The notes under the pieces are model-generated. The model made no database searches. It was not told the DNA's origin and saw only the letters and a list, made by a program, of their open reading frames with translations. From the NCBI GenBank assembly GCA_002723415.1, contig PBOA01000033.1:4752-68751 (forward strand): a stretch of DNA of 64,000 nucleotides. Direction: 5' to 3'. Positions 29,804-39,806 of the stretch are shown piece after piece (the first letter of the stretch is position 1; the number at the start of each line of letters is the position of its first letter). A program made the position numbers and the translations under genes. Origin of the DNA: Chloroflexota bacterium (GTDB taxonomy: Bacteria; Chloroflexota; Dehalococcoidia; Lucifugimonadales; GCA-002723415).

Positions 29804-30745
29804 ATGCCACTAATTAACAAATCAAATGATCATATATGTGTAATAGGTACTGGAATAATAGGTACTGGAATAGCTTTAGATTTTGCTTTGTCAGATTATA
29901 AAGTAAAACTAATTAGTAGAACAAAAGAAGGAATTATAAAAGCAAAAAATTTAATCAATAATGATTTAAAATTCCTATTGAAAATTAACAAAATCAACAA
30001 TTCAGATTTAGAAACAATAAAAAGAAAAATAAAATATTTTTCTTCAATGAAAAATTCAATTAAAGATTGTCCTTTAATAATAGAATCTATATATGAAAAT
30101 TTAAATGATAAAATATCAATATTTTCACAAATTGATAAAATAAGTGATCCTGAAGCAATAATCACGAGTAGCACTTCCAGTTTTTTACCAGAAGAATTTC
30201 AATTAAGTTCTACGCGACGAAAAAAAATACTTTTAACTCATTATATAAATCCTCCCTATATTATTCCATTAGTTGAAATTGTTCCCGGGAATGATACAGC
30301 AGATAAAACTATATATGAAGTATATGATTTGCTAAAATCAATTAACAAAAAACCAGTTATTTTAAATCAACCTATCCCAGGTTTTATTTCAGTAAGATTA
30401 CAAGTTGCTCTACTTAGAGAAGCACTTTATTTAATTGACAATAATCTTGCAAATGCTAAACAAATAGATGATGTAATAAAATTTAGTATTGGTCGCAGAT
30501 GGGCAATTTCAGGTTTGTTAAAAACTCTAGATTTAGGAGGATGGGATATTCAGTCTAGTATATATGATACCCTTGCCTCAAAATTATCCAATTCAATAAA
30601 CACTCCAAATATACTTAATACTAAGATAAAAGAAAAAAAATTAGGAGTGAAATCACAAGAAGGTTTTTATAAATGGACTAAAGAAGAAATAAACGAAATT
30701 AAAACTAATATTGCTAAAATATCTTATTACATAGATAACCTTTAA
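29804..30745 (+). CDS. 3-hydroxyacyl-CoA dehydrogenase family protein
   Basis: GTGIIG.GIA, ES..E....K, SSTS, HY.NPP..IPLVE, PGF...RLQ. Confidence 0.88.
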   Translation: MPLINKSNDHICVIGTGIIGTGIALDFALSDYKVKLISRTKEGIIKAKNLINNDLKFLLKINKINNSDLETIKRKIKYFSSMKNSIKDCPLIIESIYENLNDKISIFSQIDKISDPEAIITSSTSSFLPEEFQLSSTRRKKILLTHYINPPYIIPLVEIVPGNDTADKTIYEVYDLLKSINKKPVILNQPIPGFISVRLQVALLREALYLIDNNLANAKQIDDVIKFSIGRRWAISGLLKTLDLGGWDIQSSIYDTLASKLSNSINTPNILNTKIKEKKLGVKSQEGFYKWTKEEINEIKTNIAKISYYIDNL

Positions 30746-30756
30746 TATAATAAAAT

Positions 30757-31167
30757 TTATAAAATACCCACAGCTTTTATTTCAACTAAGTATTCATCAC
30801 TAACTAAAGATTCTACAACAATCAATGTGTTCGCTGGATAATCCCCTTCTGGAAAATAATTAGCAAAAACTTCTTTTCTAGCATCTAGAAAAGGTTTAAT
30901 TGAGTCTCTCCCAACTAAATAAGTTGTAAATTCTAATAAATCCCCCATATCTGCCCCTTGGCTGTTTAATATAAGTTGAATGTTTCTAAATGTCTGTACT
31001 GTTTGTTCAAACACATTTCTTTCTCCAACTAATATTCCATTTATATCTACCCCTACTTGACCAGATATAAAAATCAAATCATTATTATTGGATTTCACTG
31101 CTTGAGAATATAAACCTAAAGCCTTTGGTGCATTTTTTGTTTTTATAATTGACTTTGTTCTAACCAT
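30757..31167 (-). CDS. RidA/YjgF family imine/enamine deaminase
   Basis: AP.A.G.YSQAV, FISGQ, Q..Q...NI, LVEI.A. Confidence 0.9.
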   Translation of the reverse strand: MVRTKSIIKTKNAPKALGLYSQAVKSNNNDLIFISGQVGVDINGILVGERNVFEQTVQTFRNIQLILNSQGADMGDLLEFTTYLVGRDSIKPFLDARKEVFANYFPEGDYPANTLIVVESLVSDEYLVEIKAVGIL

Positions 31168-31292
31168 TTTTATTCTTTCTCCTTAACAATATATAATTTT
31201 TTTAATCACTATTATTAAACGACTTAATCTGTTCTATAAATTTTTCTATACTAGCCCAAATTTTATTTAAAATTGTTAAATCAATTAACTTT

Positions 31293-32081
31293 TTATAAAG
31301 ATTTAATACAATCATTATCTAGTGGATTTAATGGAGAAAAATCTCTGTTATTTTGATACCAAGGCCTAGTATCTTTTGTACATGCATTGCTCACAGCATT
31401 ATAATTCATATAAATTATTGATCTAGTCCATGGAGAAACATTATTTGCAGATCCATGTAAAACATTACAATGTACAAAAGCAACAGATCCAGACAACCCA
31501 ATTAATGGCTCTATCCCGTATTTATTAGCTAATCCCTCTAATATATCATTAGTTATATGATGCAATTCATATCCCTTGCCTTTAGCATCTTTATGTAAAG
31601 ATGAAGTTAATAATCCTTCTTTATGTGAACCCGGTAAAACAAGCAAAGGCGATTTTACTGTAATACAATCATCAATAAAAATACTAGCCATAATACATTT
31701 TGGTTTTAGCATACCATCAATTTTATGAAATGGAGGGAAATCTTGATGCCAATCCCACGAAGCACCTGACCCAAAGCCTTGCTTTGGGTTTAATCTACTT
31801 TGATGTAAATATACATCTTCATTTAACAACTGTTTAACAGGATTTAATATTTTTGGATGAAGAGATAACCTATGAAAAGATTCTGAGTATTTATGAACAC
31901 CAAAAGCTAATCTGGTAGCTGAATCATCATTTTTTTCTCTAATTATTTCTGGACCTTTTCGTTTATATATATCAGTTAAAGAAGATTTAAGTTTATTAAT
32001 TTCTTCTATATCAAGTAAAGAAGGGAAAAATAAATAACCTTTTGTATTATATTCTTCAATTTGAGATTCAGTTAAAATCAT
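31293..32081 (-). CDS. PhyH family dioxygenase, ectoine/proline hydroxylase-like
   Basis: VY.HQ...N.K, WDWHQDF..FH..DGM (variant of the EctD signature), PGSH, HGS..N..P..R. Confidence 0.85.
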   Translation of the reverse strand: MILTESQIEEYNTKGYLFFPSLLDIEEINKLKSSLTDIYKRKGPEIIREKNDDSATRLAFGVHKYSESFHRLSLHPKILNPVKQLLNEDVYLHQSRLNPKQGFGSGASWDWHQDFPPFHKIDGMLKPKCIMASIFIDDCITVKSPLLVLPGSHKEGLLTSSLHKDAKGKGYELHHITNDILEGLANKYGIEPLIGLSGSVAFVHCNVLHGSANNVSPWTRSIIYMNYNAVSNACTKDTRPWYQNNRDFSPLNPLDNDCIKSL

Positions 32082-32108
32082 AATTATTTATTTACATAAT
32101 TCTTAAAA

Positions 32109-33203
32109 TTACTGAGTGCAACCTCTACCTGGAATATCCCATACTTCTTCAACTATTCCATTTCTAACACATATATATTGGTCCCATCTGTTTACAAGCA
32201 TATCCTGGTAATCCGGTTCAAGTAATAATTTATCTCCAATAGATAAAGAATTAGCTTTGTCTGTTGAAAAAACTACATGGTTTTCAAAAAATTTGTCGAT
32301 TTTAACATCAGTCCTCGAATATACAGTAGGGGCAATACCTGCCCAAGAATGTGCAGAAGTGCCGACATCACCAATAAATTTACAATCTGATGGATTACTT
32401 ATTACAGTAGTAAGAATTTTATTCGCAATTTTATATCCCATATAATCATACCTATGCCCCATCAACGCATAAGTACCTCCTTCAACCTCTGTAACTCCAG
32501 GTATTTGTGTAGCAACATCAATCGTAAACGTTTCTCCACTTGAAACAATCTCTACTGGTATACCTTCTAGTTCTATAGCATTTTTAACATCTAAACAAAT
32601 TTGTATAGTGTCTCTTCCAATTTTCCATCTATCTTCATGATCGATAAATTCAGGCAAGGATTGGTGGCTCATAACTCCCTTAAATTTAACCCCAGGAAGC
32701 TCTTGGGTCATTTTAGCAATTGCAACCCCTTCTTCGTTACTACGCACTCCAGCCCTGCCCATTTGAGTATCTACTTCTATTAAAATACCTATTTCAACTG
32801 AATGATTTGATGCAATTGATGAAATAATTTTAACATTTTCAATATTATCCACGCAAACTTTAATATCAGCTTGTTTAGCTAAAGCACACATACGTGAAAT
32901 TTTATCTGGATGTACTACTTGATTAGGGATTAATACATCATTTACTCCTCCTTCAACCATTACTTCAGCTTCAGATAATTTTGCTGTACAAACACCACCA
33001 ACAGTTCCACCCATATTTATTTGCCTTAAAGCTAATCTTGGACTTTTAATATTCTTTGTATGTTGCCTCATTTTACATACTGTATCTTTATAAAGATCAG
33101 TAACTGACTGTAAATTATGGTCTAAAGCATTAAGGTCAACAATTAAAGAAGGTGTATCTAAATCTTCTAATAATGTCCCTGGCAAAGGTCTATAATTATC
33201 CAT
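32109..33203 (-). CDS. Fold-type III PLP enzyme (D-threonine aldolase/D-serine dehydratase family), catalytic Lys present
   Basis: LDTP...VD, RQHTKNIK, AKLSEAE, EVD...GRAG, SGET, TEV..G.Y. Confidence 0.88.
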   Translation of the reverse strand: MDNYRPLPGTLLEDLDTPSLIVDLNALDHNLQSVTDLYKDTVCKMRQHTKNIKSPRLALRQINMGGTVGGVCTAKLSEAEVMVEGGVNDVLIPNQVVHPDKISRMCALAKQADIKVCVDNIENVKIISSIASNHSVEIGILIEVDTQMGRAGVRSNEEGVAIAKMTQELPGVKFKGVMSHQSLPEFIDHEDRWKIGRDTIQICLDVKNAIELEGIPVEIVSSGETFTIDVATQIPGVTEVEGGTYALMGHRYDYMGYKIANKILTTVISNPSDCKFIGDVGTSAHSWAGIAPTVYSRTDVKIDKFFENHVVFSTDKANSLSIGDKLLLEPDYQDMLVNRWDQYICVRNGIVEEVWDIPGRGCTQ

Positions 33204-33224
33204 CCATTCTCTCCTTGAAATTAT

Positions 33225-34361
33225 TTAACGGTAATGGCCTCGAGCTGGCAAATTCCAAATAGATTCTAAAGTTCCACCTCTAATACCAAACATATAATCA
33301 TGTAAATTCACACATGCAGTTATATCATAAGGAATGCACCAAATCCTATCTCCCAATTTTAAATTTTCGTTTTCCCATTCAAATTCTATATTCCCATGCT
33401 CAGCACTAAGCCCTGTCACAATTGCACCTTTTATACTTGCTTCAGGAGAACCTAAATCCCCTCCGATAGCCTTTCTCCCTCCGTCAGTAATTATGGTTTT
33501 TGAAGTAGGTAAGCTTGTCACACAAGTCATAACTCTTGCTGCATTTTTAAATTCAGTCCTTAAAGCTTTATATTTAGCATCCATTAATGCATATGATCCA
33601 GCAACAATATCAGTTATACCAGAAAGAGAAGCAACATCTAGATAGTCATAAGTACTCCCATAAACTACAGAATTAACATCAATACCATTAATTTGAATTT
33701 GTTCTCGAAAATTTAAAATTTTCTGAGCAAATTCAACAGACTCTTTATTTTTCTTATTAAATTCTGACACGTTATAACTATTATCTTCTGGTCCACTTTC
33801 TGACACATAATTATTTATATATTTACCAAATAAACCTTGAAAATTTACCCCAGGCAAATTAACTAGATTATTACAAATTTCTTGAGCTTCAGTTCCTGGC
33901 AATACGCCTAAACTATCCTCATAACAACGAATAACAAGAAGTATATTAATTTCTACTCCAGAAAATTTAGCAGCGTCTGATAAATCTTGTGCATTAGATA
34001 AATTATCTACCAACAAAGTTATATTAACGTTCTTGGCTAAAGAACATAAACGCTTAATTTTACTTTTATTATAAATAATATTTGAAATAAAAATATCATT
34101 TAATCCATTTTGCGCAAAAACTTCTGCTTGACCTAATGTAGAAACAGTAATCCCTGAAGTAGAAGAATATTCAACTTGCTTATGAGCTATTGCTGGAGAA
34201 CCGTGAGCACCAACATAAGGTTTTACATTTAACCCTTTAGATTCTATGAAAGTATTCATATAATTTAAATTATACTCTAAGAAATCTAAGTCTATCATTA
34301 AGCCCGGTGTATCTAATTCTATTTCTTGTGTACCTATATCTTTAAATATTGGTCTTTCCAT
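33225..34361 (-). CDS. Fold-type III PLP enzyme paralog lacking the Schiff-base Lys
   Basis: LDTP..ID, KPYVGAHGS in place of RPHxKTHK, AGSYALMD, DGGRKA, SAEHG, VNLHD. Confidence 0.85.
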   Translation of the reverse strand: MERPIFKDIGTQEIELDTPGLMIDLDFLEYNLNYMNTFIESKGLNVKPYVGAHGSPAIAHKQVEYSSTSGITVSTLGQAEVFAQNGLNDIFISNIIYNKSKIKRLCSLAKNVNITLLVDNLSNAQDLSDAAKFSGVEINILLVIRCYEDSLGVLPGTEAQEICNNLVNLPGVNFQGLFGKYINNYVSESGPEDNSYNVSEFNKKNKESVEFAQKILNFREQIQINGIDVNSVVYGSTYDYLDVASLSGITDIVAGSYALMDAKYKALRTEFKNAARVMTCVTSLPTSKTIITDGGRKAIGGDLGSPEASIKGAIVTGLSAEHGNIEFEWENENLKLGDRIWCIPYDITACVNLHDYMFGIRGGTLESIWNLPARGHYR

Positions 34362-34507
34362 TTACATTTTTCCTTATTTAATTTATATAAATAACAAATA
34401 GGAGATTATCATAAATAACTTCATAAATAAATGCCTCTTGACGAAAAATAATTAATATTTAAAAATAATCACATAGTTAATTAAACTGAAAGTACTTTTT
34501 ATATATA

Positions 34508-35047
34508 ATGCTAGATTTTGAACTGATTAATAATGAAAATATTGTTAATAATATATTTATATCTAATAAAGATAATTTTTCTGACAACTTAATATTAACT
34601 AATAAGCGTTTAGTTAATATTAAAAAAGAAAAAAACAAAACCCATTTAAAGGTTATTTCTATTGAAGAAGTAAGTGAAATAGAATGCAATTCAATATTAC
34701 CAAATAATCAATCTATAATTTGGAGTATAACTGCATTTGCTACTGGGATATTACTATATTTAGCTTTCAAAGAAACAATCTTAGGAACTCTTTTTTTTCT
34801 TTTCCTACTTTCACTTGGAGTTTATTTAACTATTGATTATTTAACTTCAAAAAAATATCAAAAGTTAATATTTAAAACAAAATCTAACAATAGCAATATT
34901 GAATATACTATAAATAAAGATAAAGCAGAATTCGATACTCAATATTTCATCAAATTATTTTTTAAATTACGATGGAAATTATTACATGAAAACAAACTAA
35001 ATATAACTAGCCCTAGACACAAACAAATTTTCCCAAGATATAAATAA
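34508..35047 (+). CDS. Hypothetical membrane protein (2 TM, PH-like 'LILTNKRL' segment)
   Basis: 179 aa ORF with two hydrophobic helices. Confidence 0.6.
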   Translation: MLDFELINNENIVNNIFISNKDNFSDNLILTNKRLVNIKKEKNKTHLKVISIEEVSEIECNSILPNNQSIIWSITAFATGILLYLAFKETILGTLFFLFLLSLGVYLTIDYLTSKKYQKLIFKTKSNNSNIEYTINKDKAEFDTQYFIKLFFKLRWKLLHENKLNITSPRHKQIFPRYK

Positions 35048-35075
35048 AATAATCAAATTTACCACCTCAATTATT

Positions 35076-36107
35076 TTATTTACTAGCATCAATTCTTAAA
35101 CTTGGATACACATCTAAATCCCATTGGTAAGCCAAATTATTTTTCAACCTAAAATATGCTGCTGAGGCAATCATAGCTCCATTGTCAGTACATAAAGATG
35201 GTCTAGGAATAAATAGGTCTATGGGAGATTCTTTTGCAAATACATCCCTTAATAATTTATTCGCGGCAACCCCTCCTCCAATAATTAAGCCCTTAGCTTT
35301 GTATTTTTTTACAGCCCCAATAGTATTTCTTACTATAGTATCCACTATAGCATCTTGAAAGGATTTAGCAATGTCAGCTATTTTCTGATCTATATTATCA
35401 ATAGAATTATTAGGGTAAACTCCCATTAATTCAGCTCTTCTTACAACTGAAGTTTTCAAACCACTAAAACTAAAATCCATCGAATTTTTGACCTTTGGCC
35501 TAGGAAATTCAGGTTTTAACAAACTGCCTTTCACAGAAACCTTTTGAATTTCTGGCCCTCCTGGGAAACCCAAACCTAAAACTCTCGCAACTTTATCAAA
35601 AACTTCTCCAGCAGCATCATCTCTAGATCGAGCTATAATCTGAAAATCTCCATGCCCTTTCATCAAAATCAAATCAGTATGCCCTCCAGATACAACTAAA
35701 GATATAAGAGGAAACCCCGGGTTTTCTCTTATATCTACATCTTCCAAGCATGTTGCATATATATGCCCTTCAATATGATTCACTCCTATGAAAGGCAATC
35801 CTGCCGCTATTGCCATAGATTTAGCAGTATTTACTCCAATCAATAATGATCCAGCCAAACCAGGCCCACAAGTAACAGATAAAGCATCTATATCTTTCAA
35901 ATCCATTTTTGCTTCAGTTAATGCTTTATTTATTGCAGGTACAATCTTTACTATGTGCTCTCGAGAAGCTACTTCAGGGATAATACCACCAAATTCTGAA
36001 TGCATATCAGCTTGAGAAAAAACAATGTTTGTAATTATATTTCTACCATCCTCAACAATCCCTACAGCAGTATCATCACATGAAGTTTCTATACCTAATA
36101 TTTTCAT
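35076..36107 (-). CDS. tsaD: tRNA N6-adenosine threonylcarbamoyltransferase
   Basis: LGIETSCDDT, PEVASR.H, GPGL.GSL, H.EGH, SGGHT, DDAAGE.FDK, GGVAAN, CTDNGAMI. Confidence 0.97.
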   Translation of the reverse strand: MKILGIETSCDDTAVGIVEDGRNIITNIVFSQADMHSEFGGIIPEVASREHIVKIVPAINKALTEAKMDLKDIDALSVTCGPGLAGSLLIGVNTAKSMAIAAGLPFIGVNHIEGHIYATCLEDVDIRENPGFPLISLVVSGGHTDLILMKGHGDFQIIARSRDDAAGEVFDKVARVLGLGFPGGPEIQKVSVKGSLLKPEFPRPKVKNSMDFSFSGLKTSVVRRAELMGVYPNNSIDNIDQKIADIAKSFQDAIVDTIVRNTIGAVKKYKAKGLIIGGGVAANKLLRDVFAKESPIDLFIPRPSLCTDNGAMIASAAYFRLKNNLAYQWDLDVYPSLRIDASK

Positions 36108-37237
36108 AATTGATTACCTTTATAATATTTATCAGAAAAAACTTCATTAGGTAAAAAAGATTTTCGACTAGACCCATATTTATAATCTATACCTTTAGTT
36201 GTAACAACACTTATAGAAGTATAAAAATCACTCTCTCCACTAACTCCACTACCATTTCCTCCGCCATGCCCTCTTAACCATTGAGGGTCAATTAATTGAA
36301 TCCCTTTCCAATTTCCATTTGTAGCTAACAAGTGTCCAAATCTAGCTAAATCAGAAGCACTTATCACGATCCAACCTGGGCCACTTCTCACAGGTATATT
36401 ATTTATAACATAAGGAGGGTCTAAATAGGTATATGAATCTGGAATATCAGGATAAAAATATTTTTGAGATTTGACGAATTCACCAGTATACCAATCCCAG
36501 TTATTAGATTTGATTCCAATTTTTGAAAATAGTCGCTCATCAACGACATCCTTTAAGTCTCTATTCCAAAGAGAAGTCAATGCTTGACCTAGCCTCCAAA
36601 AACCTGCACTACTATATACTCCTTGAGTACCTGGTTCTATATGAGAATACAAATCATATGAAGGATCGCCAGTCCATGTGCTCCAATTTGGTATTCCATA
36701 GACACTTTTATCGTCTTCTAATCCAGTTCGTTTTTCTTGCCACCTTATTCCCATTTCCATTGGAAATCCTCCAAAATGTAAATCCCCATATTTATATCCA
36801 ATAATATGCCTCCAAGTTAAGGTTTTATGATAACCTTGATCTAAATATTTGTGAGAATGTGATAGCTCAGCTTCACCAGTCCAGGTTTTATATATGAGAT
36901 CATCAGGATTTATAAGCCCATCCTCTATTGCACAGCCTATTAAAACCCAACATAAAGCTTTACCTACAGATGCTGTGTGGAATCTGTAATTTCTATCACC
37001 CCATTCATGTATTATATAGCCACCTCTAGTAATGACAGTACCAAATTTATTATCACAATGATCTTCTCCTCCAAAATTTGCACCTTTAACATTAAGGGTA
37101 CTGATCCAAGTATTAAATATACTAGAATTGATGCCTAATTTATCTAAATTTTTTAAATCCCAATCTTCATCAGGAAATGTAACCCAATCAGGTATTTTCT
37201 TGAGTTTCACATATAATCCTTTAATAAAAAGTACCAC
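36104..37237 (-). CDS. Serine hydrolase, beta-lactamase class C-like (likely GTG start at 37210)
   Basis: SVGK (SxxK), PG....YSS, ISA.DLARFG.L....G.W.G.QLI...W. Confidence 0.8.
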   Translation of the reverse strand: MVLFIKGLYVKLKKIPDWVTFPDEDWDLKNLDKLGINSSIFNTWISTLNVKGANFGGEDHCDNKFGTVITRGGYIIHEWGDRNYRFHTASVGKALCWVLIGCAIEDGLINPDDLIYKTWTGEAELSHSHKYLDQGYHKTLTWRHIIGYKYGDLHFGGFPMEMGIRWQEKRTGLEDDKSVYGIPNWSTWTGDPSYDLYSHIEPGTQGVYSSAGFWRLGQALTSLWNRDLKDVVDERLFSKIGIKSNNWDWYTGEFVKSQKYFYPDIPDSYTYLDPPYVINNIPVRSGPGWIVISASDLARFGHLLATNGNWKGIQLIDPQWLRGHGGGNGSGVSGESDFYTSISVVTTKGIDYKYGSSRKSFLPNEVFSDKYYKGNQL

Positions 37238-37246
37238 TCAATATAA

Positions 37247-37915
37247 TTAATAATTCAGAACAGCTTTGATATTCATAATATTGTCTTTAATCGGAAAATC
37301 ATTTCCCAAAATTGCAGATCCAGCAACTAATAAATTGGCTCCAGACTTTGAGACCATTGGGGCAGTTTCTAAATTAATTCCCCCATCTACACCTATATCA
37401 ATATCAAGACCTAATTCATCTATTTCTAATCTAAGTTTGTTTATTTTTTCCAGACTAGACGGTATAAATTTTTGCCCCCCAAAGCCCGGATTAACTGACA
37501 TGATTAATATTTCATCTACATCCGAAAGAATTGGTTTGATTAAATCTATTGAAGTTGTAGGGTTTATAGCTATACCAACTTCAACCCCCAATTCTTTAAT
37601 TTGAAATATTGATTTATGAATATCAATACAAGATTCTAAATGAATAATAATTCTATCAGATCCAGCATTTACAAAATCAGATATAAATTTATCTGGACTA
37701 TTCACCATCATATGAACATGAAATGGTAAGTTTGTAAAAGGTCGAATAGATTCTACTACTACAGAACCAATAGTAATATTTGGAACAAAATGACCATCCA
37801 TCACATCAATATGTATGTTGTCTATATCATATTTATTCAATTCAGTAATTTGATATCCTAAAGAACTAAAATCAGCAGATAAAATTGATGGTGCTAATTT
37901 AATACCTTTAGACAT
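37247..37915 (-). CDS. rpe: Ribulose-phosphate 3-epimerase
   Basis: APSILSADF, HIDVMDGHFVPN, MSVNPGFGGQ, VDGG, VAGSA; ATG 37915 overlaps the argH stop. Confidence 0.96.
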   Translation of the reverse strand: MSKGIKLAPSILSADFSSLGYQITELNKYDIDNIHIDVMDGHFVPNITIGSVVVESIRPFTNLPFHVHMMVNSPDKFISDFVNAGSDRIIIHLESCIDIHKSIFQIKELGVEVGIAINPTTSIDLIKPILSDVDEILIMSVNPGFGGQKFIPSSLEKINKLRLEIDELGLDIDIGVDGGINLETAPMVSKSGANLLVAGSAILGNDFPIKDNIMNIKAVLNY

Positions 37916-39248
37916 ATTCTTCATCCTCAAGTAGTTTTTTTGCATTCAAAATTGATTCTTCAACTTGATTGTATGAAGTACCACCTGGAATATCTCTGGA
38001 TGAAATAGATTTTTCTAAATTAATTTCTAAAACATCACTATCAAACAAATCACTCAACTCTTTATAACTTGATAATGGAAGTTCAGTAAATCTTTTACCT
38101 TTACTACTTGCTATAGAACTTAATTCAGACACTATAGAATGAGCCTTTCTAAATGGCATACCTTTATTAACTAAATAATCAGCAATATCAGTAGCTAAAA
38201 TATTACCTTGATCTGTGGCTGAAATCATATTTTTTGAATTAATTTTTATATTAACAATTAAGTCAGCCAACACATATAAAGTAGACAAAAGAGTATCTGA
38301 AGTATCAAAAAAAGCTATTTTATCTTCTTGCATATCACGATTATACGTTAAAGGAAGAGATTTCATTATAGTTAATAAAGAAATTAGCCCTCCATAAACA
38401 CGCCCAGTCTTACCTCTTGCTAATTCTAAAAAGTCTGGATTACGTTTCTGGGGCATTATGCTACTACCAGTAATATAATCTTCACTTATTTCTATAAATT
38501 TAAATTCTTCAGAATTCCATATAATCAATTCTTCAGACAATCTAGAAATGTGCATCATACATATAGAAGCAGCTGACTGAAAATCTAGTAGAAAGTCTCT
38601 ATCCGACACTGCATCCATACTATTTACTGTTAAAGAACTAAACCCTAACTCTTTTGCAACTGATTGTCTGTCAATGGGATAAGGGACTCCAGCTAAAGCA
38701 CCACTACCAAGAGGTAAAACGTCTACTCTCTTATATGCCTGAAGAAATCTTTGATAATCCCTGTTAAACATTTGGAAATATGCCATCATGTGATGTGAAA
38801 AAAGTACCGGCTGAGCTCTTTGTAAATGAGTGTATCCAGGCAAAATAATTTTAGAATTTAATTCTGATATTTTTATAAATGAATTTCGTAATAATTTTAA
38901 AGCTGAAAATACATCTTTAATAACATCTTTAACATACATACGTAAATCTAAAGCAATTTGATCATTTCTTGACCTTGCTGTATGCAACTTACCGGCTACA
39001 TCTCCAATCTTTATAAAAAGCCTATTCTCTATATTCATATGAATATCTTCAAGTTCGGCTTTCCATGGAAAATCTCCTGATTCAATTTCAATTTTAATCT
39101 CCATTAAACCATTAACAATTTGAGAAGCTTCTTTTTCATTGATTATGGATTGCTTAGATAACATATTTACATGAGCTATTGAACCTTGTATGTCTTGCTT
39201 ATATAAACGCTTATCAAATTTTATAGAAGATGTATAATCAGATTTCAT
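37908..39248 (-). CDS. argH: Argininosuccinate lyase
   Basis: HTARSRNDQ, GYTHLQRAQP, GSSIMPQKRNPD. Confidence 0.97.
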   Translation of the reverse strand: MKSDYTSSIKFDKRLYKQDIQGSIAHVNMLSKQSIINEKEASQIVNGLMEIKIEIESGDFPWKAELEDIHMNIENRLFIKIGDVAGKLHTARSRNDQIALDLRMYVKDVIKDVFSALKLLRNSFIKISELNSKIILPGYTHLQRAQPVLFSHHMMAYFQMFNRDYQRFLQAYKRVDVLPLGSGALAGVPYPIDRQSVAKELGFSSLTVNSMDAVSDRDFLLDFQSAASICMMHISRLSEELIIWNSEEFKFIEISEDYITGSSIMPQKRNPDFLELARGKTGRVYGGLISLLTIMKSLPLTYNRDMQEDKIAFFDTSDTLLSTLYVLADLIVNIKINSKNMISATDQGNILATDIADYLVNKGMPFRKAHSIVSELSSIASSKGKRFTELPLSSYKELSDLFDSDVLEINLEKSISSRDIPGGTSYNQVEESILNAKKLLEDEEYV

Positions 39249-39302
39249 TTCAACTCTTTTTTAAATAAAAATATATATAAATTATATAATAAATTTTCCA
39301 AC

Positions 39303-39776
39303 CTATTCTACATGTTTTTTTGGAACAAGAAACCGTCTTCGTAGTGATATAACTTTATCTTTGCTTTGATTTTCACCTATAGTTTCTAAATAAACTATTC
39401 CTCTATCAGTTTTAGTCTTACTCAAAACAACGTCTAAAATAGTACTTATAGCGTAAAGTGTATCCCCTTGAAATACGGGCTTGTAATGTACTATATTCTC
39501 ATATTCTAGATTTGCAATAGCTTTACCTGAGATATCTTTAACACTCATTCCCACTATTAAGCTGAAAACTAATGTACCAACAACAAGAATCTTTTTATGT
39601 TGATGATTAGTCATATAATGTTCATCAATATGTAATGGATTATGGTTCATTGTTAATAAAGAAAAAAGATGATTATCCATTTCTGTAATAGTCTTACCTG
39701 GCCAATGTTTAAAAACATCTCCAATTACAAAATCTTCAAAATATCCTCCAAAATTATTTTTTGACTCATGAATCAT
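39303..39776 (-). CDS. MaoC family (R)-specific enoyl-CoA hydratase/dehydratase
   Basis: YFEDF..G, KTITE.DN..F..LT.N..PLH.D, PVF.GDTL. Confidence 0.9.
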   Translation of the reverse strand: MIHESKNNFGGYFEDFVIGDVFKHWPGKTITEMDNHLFSLLTMNHNPLHIDEHYMTNHQHKKILVVGTLVFSLIVGMSVKDISGKAIANLEYENIVHYKPVFQGDTLYAISTILDVVLSKTKTDRGIVYLETIGENQSKDKVISLRRRFLVPKKHVE

Positions 39777-39806
39777 TATTTACTCTCTAAAAATAATAAA
39801 CTAACT

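Noticed and set aside
29843-29872. Perfect 15-nt tandem repeat ATAGGTACTGGAATA x2
   Set aside because: It encodes the ordinary Rossmann GTGIIGTGI motif at normal length, explained by protein constraint plus codon bias.
31293-32081. Bona fide ectoine hydroxylase ectD
   Set aside because: The signature deviates (WHQDFPPFH vs WHSDFETWH) and no ectABC is in the window.
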